Source: Dehalococcoidia bacterium | GTDB taxonomy: Bacteria; Chloroflexota; Dehalococcoidia; Plut-88900 | Reading direction: 5' to 3' | Assembly (NCBI GenBank): GCA_965197645.1 | Contig: OZ240219.1 | Coordinates: 1,920,001-1,984,000, forward strand | DNA: 64,000 nucleotides | Shown: piece by piece, positions 10,369-19,126 of the stretch | How the letters are laid out: every line of letters starts with the position of its first letter | Numbering within the stretch: position 1 is the stretch's first letter | Made by a program: the position numbers and the translations under genes | The notes under the pieces: model-generated | What the model was told of the DNA's origin: nothing | The model's input: only the letters and a program-made list of their open reading frames with translations | The model's database searches: none

Positions 10369-13300
10369 ATGGAGAATCGCTTTTTTGAACAACCCGTACT
10401 TAACTCTCCCTACGAGTACCCGGCCAAGCACTGGGAGCTCGATGATCAGGGTCAGCCGACCCAACAGGTCATTGAGAACCGGCGCGGTGCAGAATTCATC
10501 ACGCCAATCCCAAAGCCGAGGAAACGCAGGGCAGCGAAGAGTCAGCAGCAGTTTGTCTTCGACGAGGGCAAGGGACTGTCCACCGAGGAACAGCAGTACG
10601 ACGTCACTGCTTTGGTGAACGAAATCCGCCGCCACGTGGACCAGTGGCGCACTTTGCCTAATCCAAACCAATGGGGCGTCGCCCCTGCAACTGCCCGGCT
10701 GCTTCGGCATTGGAGACACCATCAGTTCAGCGACATCCAGCCCTTCTTCTGCCAGGTTGAGGCAGTCGAGACGGTCATCTGGCTCACTGAGGTTGCGCCC
10801 AAGCTCGGACAGGTCGGAAGGCGTCTCCTAGACCGCCTCGCCAACGCCAATAACGACGCCAACCCCGAGCTGTCGCGTCTGGCCTTGAAGCTCGCCACGG
10901 GTGCTGGCAAGACCACGGTCATGGCTATGACCATCGCATGGCAGACCATCAACGCCGTCCGGCACCCCAACAGCAGGCGCTTTACGCGAGGCTTCCTGGT
11001 CGTGGCTCCGGGCATCCCCATCAAAGACAGGCTGCGCGTACTTCAGCCCAATGATCCGGACAGCTACTACGCCAGTCGAGAACTGGTGCCTAGGGACATG
11101 CTCGGGGACCTCAATCACGCAAGTATCGTTATCACGAATTACCACGCGCTCAGGCTACGCGATCGCACGGAGCTTTCCAGTGGCGGCCGTGCCCTTCTGC
11201 AAGGCAGAGGGTCCGATCTGAATACTATGGAGACCGAGGGGCAGATGCTCCAGCGCGTCATGCCCGGTCTCATGGGTATGAAGGACATCTGGGTGCTGAA
11301 TGACGAGGGGCACCACTGCTACCGGCACAAGCCGGGGGAGAACGCCGAGGAAGACCTGAAGGGTGACGACAGGAAAGAGGCGGAGAAGAACGACGAGGCT
11401 GCCCGCGTCTGGATTTCCGGCTTGGAAATCGTCAAGCGTAAGCTAGGCGTCAGGCAGGTCTTGGACCTCTCGGCCACACCCTTTTTCCTGCGAGGCTCCG
11501 GCTATGCCGAGGGTACGCTGTTCCCCTGGACGGTTAGCGACTTCTCGCTTATGGACGCCATAGAGAGCGGAATCGTCAAACTGCCCCGCGTGCCGGTGGC
11601 TGACAACATCCCGGGCGGAGACATGCCAAAGTACCGGGCTCTATGGGAGAACATCCGGGGCGACATGCCCAAGCGGGGACGCGGCAAAGCAAAGGGAGAC
11701 CTCGACCCGCTCAGCCTGCCAACAATGCTCAAGAGTGCTCTTGATGCTCTCTACGGGCACTATGAGAAGACCTACAATGAATGGAGGAAGGAGGGAATCC
11801 CCGTCCCGCCATGCTTCATAGTGGTCTGCAACAATACGTCCACGTCAAAACTAGTCTACGACTATATCTCTGGATTCCACCGTGAGAACAACGACGGCTC
11901 CAAGACATTGGAACGGGGGCGCCTTGCCCGGTTCGATAACTTCGACGACAACGGCAACCCGTACGCCATTCCCCGCACAGTACTGATCGACAGCGAGCAG
12001 TTGGACTCCGGCGACACGCTGGACAGGGAGTTTCGCAGCGCGGCTACGGAAGAGATAGAGCGCTTTCGCAGAGAGCGGGTCGACCGCACCCGCGATGCCC
12101 GCGATGCGGAGAACATCACCGACCACGACCTTCTCAGAGAGGTGATGAACACCGTCGGCAAGGAGGACCGCCTAGGTCAGTCCATCCGGTGCGTCGTGTC
12201 GGTGTCCATGCTTACCGAAGGCTGGGACGCCAGCACTGTCACGCACGTTCTCGGTGTGCGAGCCTTCGGGACACAGCTCCTGTGCGAGCAAGTGGTTGGG
12301 CGGGCTCTGCGTAGACAGTCCTACAAGCTGAATGATCAAGGTCTGTTCGACGTGGAGTACGCCGACGTGCTCGGAGTGCCCTTCGATTTCACCGCGAAAC
12401 CCGTCGTTGTGAAGCCTGCGCCGCCTCGCCAGACGGTCCAGGTCAAGGCGGTCCGGCCTGACCGTGACCACCTCGAAATCCAGTTCCCCAGGGTATCGGG
12501 CTACCGCACCGACCCGCCTAGAGAAGAGCTCTCGGCCAAGTTTGGCGACGACTCCTATCTGGTGCTGACGCCGGAGCTTGTCGGTCCTTCGAGGACCAGA
12601 AACGAAGGCATCATTGGCGAAGGCGTCGATCTCAACCTGGAGCACACCAGCGACATGCGGCCCTCCAGCTTGCCGTTTCACCTCACGCGGCGGTTGCTTT
12701 ACACGAAGTGGCGCGATTCCAACGAAGACCCAAAGCTGCACCTTTTCGGCAGCTTGAAACGGATCGTAAGGCAATGGTTGGACTGCTACTTGGTCTGCAA
12801 GGGCGGGACCCATCCCGCTCAACTCATGTACCAGGAGCTGGAGGACAGAGCTTGTGAGATCATCACCGCCGGCATCACCACCAGCCACGCGGACGAGTAT
12901 CCCGTCAAGGCGCTGCTCGACCCCTTCAACACGACCGGCTCGACTGCGCATGTGAACTTCACAACGTCCAAGACGAGCCGATGGGAGACGGACGCCCGCA
13001 AGTGCCACGTGAACTGGGTCGTCCTCGATAGCGACTGGGAGGCGGAGTTCTGCCGCGTGGCCGAGGCTCATCCCAAGGTGAGGGCCTACGTCAAGAATCA
13101 CAACCTGGGCTTGGAGGTGCCGTATCGTTCAGGCTCCGAATCACGCATCTACATTCCAGACTTCATCGTCCAGGTGGACGACGGGCATGGCCAGGACGAC
13201 CCTCTCAACCTGATCGTGGAGATCAAGGGGTACCGCGACGAGGACGCCAAGGCCAAGAAACTCACCATCGAATCCTACTGGGTCCCCGGCGTGAACAACC

Positions 13301-13521
13301 TTCGGCAGTACGGACGCTGGGCCTTCGCCGAGTTCACCGACGTTTTCGATATAGAAGAGGGGTTCGACAAGCTGGTGCAGAGGGCCGCGAGAGAATCAGG
13401 AATCCCTGACTACAGCGCTATGACCGCTAAAGAATTGCTCGCGTCCTGCCCGATCGATGATGAATATCTCGTCCGACCTCCCGAGTTTCCGAGAGACATA
13501 GACTTTGGCGTATCTCCTTGA
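10369..13521 (+). CDS. res: Type III restriction enzyme Res subunit (BPTD_3080-like), with an antitoxin-like C-terminal tail
   Basis: LATGAGKT Walker A, NDEGHH, SVSMLTEGWD, and YIPDFIV...VEIKG nuclease motif. Start at 10369 or 10348. Confidence 0.9.
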   Translation: MENRFFEQPVLNSPYEYPAKHWELDDQGQPTQQVIENRRGAEFITPIPKPRKRRAAKSQQQFVFDEGKGLSTEEQQYDVTALVNEIRRHVDQWRTLPNPNQWGVAPATARLLRHWRHHQFSDIQPFFCQVEAVETVIWLTEVAPKLGQVGRRLLDRLANANNDANPELSRLALKLATGAGKTTVMAMTIAWQTINAVRHPNSRRFTRGFLVVAPGIPIKDRLRVLQPNDPDSYYASRELVPRDMLGDLNHASIVITNYHALRLRDRTELSSGGRALLQGRGSDLNTMETEGQMLQRVMPGLMGMKDIWVLNDEGHHCYRHKPGENAEEDLKGDDRKEAEKNDEAARVWISGLEIVKRKLGVRQVLDLSATPFFLRGSGYAEGTLFPWTVSDFSLMDAIESGIVKLPRVPVADNIPGGDMPKYRALWENIRGDMPKRGRGKAKGDLDPLSLPTMLKSALDALYGHYEKTYNEWRKEGIPVPPCFIVVCNNTSTSKLVYDYISGFHRENNDGSKTLERGRLARFDNFDDNGNPYAIPRTVLIDSEQLDSGDTLDREFRSAATEEIERFRRERVDRTRDARDAENITDHDLLREVMNTVGKEDRLGQSIRCVVSVSMLTEGWDASTVTHVLGVRAFGTQLLCEQVVGRALRRQSYKLNDQGLFDVEYADVLGVPFDFTAKPVVVKPAPPRQTVQVKAVRPDRDHLEIQFPRVSGYRTDPPREELSAKFGDDSYLVLTPELVGPSRTRNEGIIGEGVDLNLEHTSDMRPSSLPFHLTRRLLYTKWRDSNEDPKLHLFGSLKRIVRQWLDCYLVCKGGTHPAQLMYQELEDRACEIITAGITTSHADEYPVKALLDPFNTTGSTAHVNFTTSKTSRWETDARKCHVNWVVLDSDWEAEFCRVAEAHPKVRAYVKNHNLGLEVPYRSGSESRIYIPDFIVQVDDGHGQDDPLNLIVEIKGYRDEDAKAKKLTIESYWVPGVNNLRQYGRWAFAEFTDVFDIEEGFDKLVQRAARESGIPDYSAMTAKELLASCPIDDEYLVRPPEFPRDIDFGVSP

Positions 13522-13920
13522 TACCAACGTCATCTCGGAGCTCCGCAAGGGCGACCGTTGTGACGCCAACGTCAGTGGTTGGTACGCTGAAGTGGAGGAA
13601 ACCGACATATACCTCAGCGTACTGGTACTTGGAGAGATGCGTAGAGGCATTGAGCAGATACGGAGGCGAGATCCACAGCAGGCCGTCGTTCTGGAACGCT
13701 GGCATGAAGCGACTGCTCAAAGCTTCGCCGGTCACATACTGGCCATAGATGAAACGATTACGGAAGCCTGGGGTCGGGTGTCCGCCGTTCGCCCGATCCC
13801 TGTGGTCGACGGACTGCTGGCCGCCACCGCCTGGTCCACGATTTTACCCTGGTGACTCGTAATGTTTCGGATGTTGAAGGCCTAGGTGCACGAGTGCTCG
13901 ACCCCTTCAGTCGACGATAG
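13505..13920 (+). pseudogene. vapC: VapC PIN-domain toxin, frameshifted near 13830
   Basis: YLLDTNVISEL...GE...PVVDGLLAATA. Adding one C at 13830-13831 restores ALVHDFTLVTRNVSDVEGLGARVLDPFSRR* ending at 13920. Confidence 0.85.
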
Positions 13921-13959
13921 CTTTCACGAGATGGTCCTGTAGAGAGGATTGCAACTCCG

Positions 13960-16845
13960 ATGCCCAGAAGACAAGCCAAACAGCCCAAGTCAGTTGAATC
14001 GCTGACCCATGAGGAGGCGCGACGCCGCAACCTACCCTCTGCCGAGCACCAGCCGCTGATGCGGAAGGAGGAGCAGAGCCCAGTCTGCGTGGCCTACGAG
14101 CGGCGCAACCGCGACCTCGACCCGCAGCTGGTGTGGCGGGGCAAGGACGAGCAGGACTCGTCAGACCTGGTGGTAAACGCGCCGCCCCTGTACATCCAGG
14201 AGCGAGTGCAACCCAAGGCGCTCATAGACGAGCTGATGCGCCAGTCGCGAAACGGCCACAAGCCCGACGAGTTCCAGACCGACATGTTCGCCGACTTCAA
14301 CGGCCTGCCCTCTGAGGATGCCAAGACCGAGTTCTACCGGCACGACGCCAACTGGTCGAACCGCATGGTCCTGGGCGACAGCCTGCAGGTGATGGCATCC
14401 CTGGCTGAGCGGGAGGGGCTGCGCGGCAAGGTGCAGTGCATCTACATTGACCCTCCATACGGCATCAAATTCAACTCCAACTTTCAGTGGTCGACCACCA
14501 GCCGTGACGTGAGGGACGGCAACGCCGCCCATATCACCCGGGAGCCGGAGCAGGTCAAGGCGTTCCGGGACACGTGGCGCGACGGCATCCACTCCTACCT
14601 CACCTACCTGCGTGATCGCCTAACCGTGGCCCGCGACCTGCTGGCCGAGTCCGGCTCCATCTTCGTCCAGATCGGTGATGAGAACGTCCACCGCGTAAGG
14701 GCTCTAATGGATGAGGTGTTTGGAGAGGACAATTTCGTTTCCTTGCTGACGATTCAAAAGACCAGTAGCCAAACAGATAGGAACCTTTCATCAGTCTCTG
14801 ATTACTTGCTTTGGTTTGCAAAGAACGAAGCATCGCTCAAGTTCAGGAGACCGTTCCTGGAGAAAGGGGCTGGCTTTACCGCTGGAGGTCAATACTCTCG
14901 GCTGCAACTGAACGATTTCAGCCGAATCGCTATGACAACCGAACAACGTTCAAATAGGTCGGCTCTTCCATCCGGAGCCAAGATCTATCGTCACGATACT
15001 TTAACGTCTCAGAGCGGAGGGCAAACGACTGGGTTCGAATTCTTCGACCAAGGCCGTACCTTTCACCCTGGCAGAGGCTTTTGGAAGACAAACTTCACCG
15101 GATTAACTCGTCTTTCACGTTCTAAGCGGTTAGGACATGCTAGGAATAGCTTGAGCTATATTAGATTCATTGATGATTTTTCGGTTACGCCGGTAGGAAA
15201 CCTCTGGACAGACACCTTGACCGGCTCATTCACCGAAGACAAGATTTACGTTGTTCAGACCGCGCAAAAGATTCTTCAGCGCTGCATCCTCATGACCACG
15301 GATCCCGGTGACCTAGTTCTTGATCCCACCTGCGGTTCCGGCACGACCGCCTACGTCGCCGAGCAGTGGGGCAGGAGATGGATCACCATTGATACCTCCC
15401 GCGTCGCCCTGGCTCTGGCCCGCGCCCGCGTAATGGGCGCTCGCTATCCCTACTACCTGCTGGCGGATAGTCCCGAAGGACAGATAAAGGAGGCAGAGCT
15501 CGCCGGAACGGTAGACCACGAAGCAATTGAGGCCTTTGAGAGGTCCCAATCCGGCGAGCCGGTATCCACAGAAGAGGCGGAGTCCATCGTCAGTCGTGGC
15601 CTGCCCTTGGAGCGACCAACCTACAGAGACATCCGCCAGGGGTTCGTGTACGAGCGGGTGCCGCACGTCACCCTGCGGGCCATCGCCAACAACACAGAGA
15701 TAGATGTCATCTGGGAGGATGCTCAGCGAGAGTTGGAGCCGCTGCGGGAGGAGCTGAACCGTGCCCTCGGCGAGTCGTGGGAGGAGTGGGAGATTCCCTG
15801 CGACGCTGAGGAGACCTGGCCGAATGAGGCGAAAGACATCCACACTCAATGGTGGGAACGACGCATCGCCCGTCAGAAGGAGATAGACGCCTCCATAGCC
15901 GCCAACGCCGACTACGAGTACCTGTACGACAAGCCCTACGAGGACCGGGCCAAGGTGCGGGTCGCCGGGCCATTCACGGCAGAGAGCATCTCGCCTCACC
16001 GCGTCTTGGGAGTGGACGAGAACGGCGACGTCATAGCCGAGTCGTCCAATGGTTACGGCAGCGAGTACGACTTCGCCCAGGTAATGCTCGATAACCTTGG
16101 GACATCAGGCGTGCAACAGGCGCACAGGGAGGACAGGATTGAGTTCTCGTCCATCGCCCCCTGGCCCGGACGGCTGGTATGCGCGGAGGGGCGCTACCAG
16201 CAGGGCGATGAGGAGGACGGCATCGAGCGCCGCGCCGGAATCTTCATTGGCCCCGAGTTCGGCACGGTATCGCGCCCGGACCTGGTGGAAGCAGCGCGGG
16301 AGGCCGCAGACGCCAATTTCGACGTGCTGATCGCCTGCGCCTTCAACTACGAGGCGCACACCACGGAGTTCGAGAGCTTAGGCCGCGTCCCGGTGCTGAA
16401 GGCACGGATGAATGCCGACCTCCACATGGCCGACGATCTCAAGAACACCGGCAAGGGTAACCTGTTCGTGATATTCGGCGAGCCCGACATCGACATCCTC
16501 GAGGCGGGCGACGACCAGATACAGGTCAAGGTCAACGGCGTGGACGTGTTCCATCCCAACACTGGCGAGGTGCGCAGCGACGGGCCGGAGGGCATCGCCT
16601 GCTGGTTCATCGATACCGACTACAACGAGGAGGCTTTCTTCGTACGCCATGCTTACTTCCTGGGAGCCAGTGACCCGTACAAATCCCTGAAGACCACCCT
16701 CAAAGCTGAGATCGACGCCGACGCCTGGGCAACACTCCACAGCGACACGTCGCGCCCCTTCTCCAAACCTGAGTCGGGCCGCATCGCCGTCAAGGTCATC
16801 AACCACCTGGGCGACGAAGTGCTGAAGGTGTTTAGGGTGGGATAA
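13960..16845 (+). CDS. mod: Type III R-M Mod subunit, amino-DNA methyltransferase
   Basis: YIDPPY catalytic motif, LDPTCGSGTT SAM-binding motif, adjacent to res. Confidence 0.92.
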   Translation: MPRRQAKQPKSVESLTHEEARRRNLPSAEHQPLMRKEEQSPVCVAYERRNRDLDPQLVWRGKDEQDSSDLVVNAPPLYIQERVQPKALIDELMRQSRNGHKPDEFQTDMFADFNGLPSEDAKTEFYRHDANWSNRMVLGDSLQVMASLAEREGLRGKVQCIYIDPPYGIKFNSNFQWSTTSRDVRDGNAAHITREPEQVKAFRDTWRDGIHSYLTYLRDRLTVARDLLAESGSIFVQIGDENVHRVRALMDEVFGEDNFVSLLTIQKTSSQTDRNLSSVSDYLLWFAKNEASLKFRRPFLEKGAGFTAGGQYSRLQLNDFSRIAMTTEQRSNRSALPSGAKIYRHDTLTSQSGGQTTGFEFFDQGRTFHPGRGFWKTNFTGLTRLSRSKRLGHARNSLSYIRFIDDFSVTPVGNLWTDTLTGSFTEDKIYVVQTAQKILQRCILMTTDPGDLVLDPTCGSGTTAYVAEQWGRRWITIDTSRVALALARARVMGARYPYYLLADSPEGQIKEAELAGTVDHEAIEAFERSQSGEPVSTEEAESIVSRGLPLERPTYRDIRQGFVYERVPHVTLRAIANNTEIDVIWEDAQRELEPLREELNRALGESWEEWEIPCDAEETWPNEAKDIHTQWWERRIARQKEIDASIAANADYEYLYDKPYEDRAKVRVAGPFTAESISPHRVLGVDENGDVIAESSNGYGSEYDFAQVMLDNLGTSGVQQAHREDRIEFSSIAPWPGRLVCAEGRYQQGDEEDGIERRAGIFIGPEFGTVSRPDLVEAAREAADANFDVLIACAFNYEAHTTEFESLGRVPVLKARMNADLHMADDLKNTGKGNLFVIFGEPDIDILEAGDDQIQVKVNGVDVFHPNTGEVRSDGPEGIACWFIDTDYNEEAFFVRHAYFLGASDPYKSLKTTLKAEIDADAWATLHSDTSRPFSKPESGRIAVKVINHLGDEVLKVFRVG

Positions 16846-16991
16846 CGGGCCGGGTGACGGTTCGCAACGCCAAAAGAACCTTTATGTGGCGTACTGCGTT
16901 CAACTATGATGTATGGTAAAGTTACACCCCGAACGTTCGCGACCTTCAGGTTATGCCGCAAGACCGAACGTAAGGTCAACGGGAAAGTACG

Positions 16992-17666
16992 GTGGCTGTT
17001 ACCACACCAGAGGTAATCAAGGCGAACCTGACACTGGTCGGTCCGCGCCTGCTCAGGACTCCGGAGGAGCTTGAATCTTTCAAGCGCGCAATCGGCACCG
17101 ATGTTCAGTTGGCTGGAGTCGGCATGGGTGTGAATGTTCAGACTGGCGTTCCAGAGTCAGGGGTTACGCTCATTCTTAATCGTGAGCGGATCGCACTCGA
17201 CTTGACCCCTGGACGGTCCATCATCAACCGGGATTACCCATTGCGTGAAGACCTGCCCAAGTTGGCAAATGTAGCCGGACAGGCGATCAATTGCACGTCC
17301 ATCGGTGAGCAGCAACTCCGAGCCTTTGGTTTCAACATTGATCTGATCTTTGACCAAGACCCAGAGACTCCTGCGTTCACGTACATCTCAAGACGGCTCT
17401 TTGATGTTGATGCACTCGGTAGCCAGGGTTGGCAGTTTATTGGTGGATCTGGAAAGCTCATATTCTCGGACGGCGAACGACGGTGGACAATTACCTTAGA
17501 GCCTCGGTTTAACGACGAAACAGAATCGAGGATCTTCTCGAGTGTCAACCTACACAGAGCTGAACGGACCATACCGACAGAAGATGAGATAAGGAGTTCC
17601 CTTCAACGGATGTGGGACGAGGTGCATAACTTCGTAGAACGATTAGATGAGAGGGGCTCGGAATGA
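16992..17666 (+). CDS. TIGR04255-like hypothetical protein
   Basis: 224 aa with beta-rich pattern (LRAFGFNI, SSVNLH). ATGA overlap with the next gene. Confidence 0.5.
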   Translation: MAVTTPEVIKANLTLVGPRLLRTPEELESFKRAIGTDVQLAGVGMGVNVQTGVPESGVTLILNRERIALDLTPGRSIINRDYPLREDLPKLANVAGQAINCTSIGEQQLRAFGFNIDLIFDQDPETPAFTYISRRLFDVDALGSQGWQFIGGSGKLIFSDGERRWTITLEPRFNDETESRIFSSVNLHRAERTIPTEDEIRSSLQRMWDEVHNFVERLDERGSE

Positions 17667-18604
17667 CTGAGACAAGTACGTTAGAACGAGCTAGTAACCT
17701 AGGCATAGAGGAAGAACTGGTATCTCTGTTCGAAGAGAAAGCCACATCGGAAAACAAGAGGATCATGGGCCCACCCAATCGCCCACCCAATGTTCTTTTT
17801 GACAGCCAACGAAGGCAGACAATTCCTGACGCCAGTTGGCCTCACACTGTCATCCTAAATCATCGTGTGACCGATGAGCAGTTACTGCCCGTGACGAGGA
17901 TTGCCGAACATATAGGCGCTTTCAGTGACCTTTGGAACCAAATATCAAGTAAGTGGATGTCGTTCGAACGTACCCTGACAGAAGGATCGAACTACGGTCA
18001 TGATTGGCGTCACAGCTATGCTCCGGGCCTTCAGGGCAACGGACTATCATGGGAGTTCGTACACCATGATGGTGATTCGACCAACGCAGAGCTAGCCGAA
18101 GTACTGAACGATCTGAATAGTGGGATTGTACAGGAATGGACTGCGATCGTTCACGACCCGACAAAGCCGCTAGACGTCGGCATCGGTAATCGTGCTCAAG
18201 AGCGTCTTACGGCCAAACTACAGGCCAGCTTTGAAGACAGTCCCTTGGAAGACGGAATGGGACATCCAGCGGAGGAGATCATCGCTGAAGAATTGCGGTC
18301 CACGAAGGACCAACAGGTTCCTGACTGGCTTAAGGTTCTCTCCACGGACGCCTCACGGCCGAGCTTCGCTGCGTCAGTACTGCGGTGCCTGGGACGTCAA
18401 GACCGTGTAGGTACTACTTCATGGCGTGTGGAACTAGTGCGTGATGGCTTGGCTAGCGACAATGTGGAGATCAGAGACGCTGCCGTACAAGCAGCGGAAT
18501 CGTGGGGCGACTCAGATTCGCTTGACGTTCTAAGGGCACATTCTGAACCGGAGCCATGGCTTCAACAGTACATTCGGGATGTTATCGAAGACCTGACTGA
18601 ATAA
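17663..18604 (+). CDS. Hypothetical protein with a C-terminal HEAT-like repeat
   Basis: GLASDNVEIRDAAVQAAESWGD...EPEPWLQQYIRDVIEDL. Confidence 0.6.
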   Translation: MTETSTLERASNLGIEEELVSLFEEKATSENKRIMGPPNRPPNVLFDSQRRQTIPDASWPHTVILNHRVTDEQLLPVTRIAEHIGAFSDLWNQISSKWMSFERTLTEGSNYGHDWRHSYAPGLQGNGLSWEFVHHDGDSTNAELAEVLNDLNSGIVQEWTAIVHDPTKPLDVGIGNRAQERLTAKLQASFEDSPLEDGMGHPAEEIIAEELRSTKDQQVPDWLKVLSTDASRPSFAASVLRCLGRQDRVGTTSWRVELVRDGLASDNVEIRDAAVQAAESWGDSDSLDVLRAHSEPEPWLQQYIRDVIEDLTE

Positions 18605-18607
18605 ACC

Positions 18608-19105
18608 GTGTTCCTCGCTCGAAAGATCACACGCGCGAAGTGGGAGGACCGTCAAGGGTTAGCAGAGGATGAGATTTCGGCAGATGCGGTCACTATCGAT
18701 CTAAGGACGCAGGGAAACGCACTATCCTTCTGGCGGTGCCCTGCTGGCACGGTTGATGATGTCGAAGAAGCTGCCCTTGCAATTGCCGCTGCGGGTGAAC
18801 GCGTCGATAAGCTAGATATTGTTTGGTTGGATGACCAAGAGTTGCAGAACGATGGTCAAACTCTCAGGAGTAGCGAGGGGCGCACCCCGGTCAGGAGCTT
18901 GGCCGACTTACACGTCGAAGTGTCTCTACTAGATTACGTGCGCCTTGGCGACGTAGCTCGCAGAGTAGTTGCTGCCATAGAAGCGGATAGGTGTCGGCGC
19001 CTAACAAAAGGGCGTGTCAAGAAACTCGTCGCGGCGGCTGTTAAAGAAGGGCGTGTAGACCTTGACGCGCTTCAGGATAAGGTGCGAGCTGAAGTGGCGA
19101 CTTGA
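18608..19105 (+). CDS. Hypothetical protein, possible ADP-ribosyltransferase-fold toxin
   Basis: N-terminal ARKI arginine, then DAVT.DLRT..NALSFW serine motif and a later His strand. The fold assignment is inference. Confidence 0.45.
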   Translation: MFLARKITRAKWEDRQGLAEDEISADAVTIDLRTQGNALSFWRCPAGTVDDVEEAALAIAAAGERVDKLDIVWLDDQELQNDGQTLRSSEGRTPVRSLADLHVEVSLLDYVRLGDVARRVVAAIEADRCRRLTKGRVKKLVAAAVKEGRVDLDALQDKVRAEVAT

Positions 19106-19126
19106 GCACAGACCTCTTTAGCGCCT

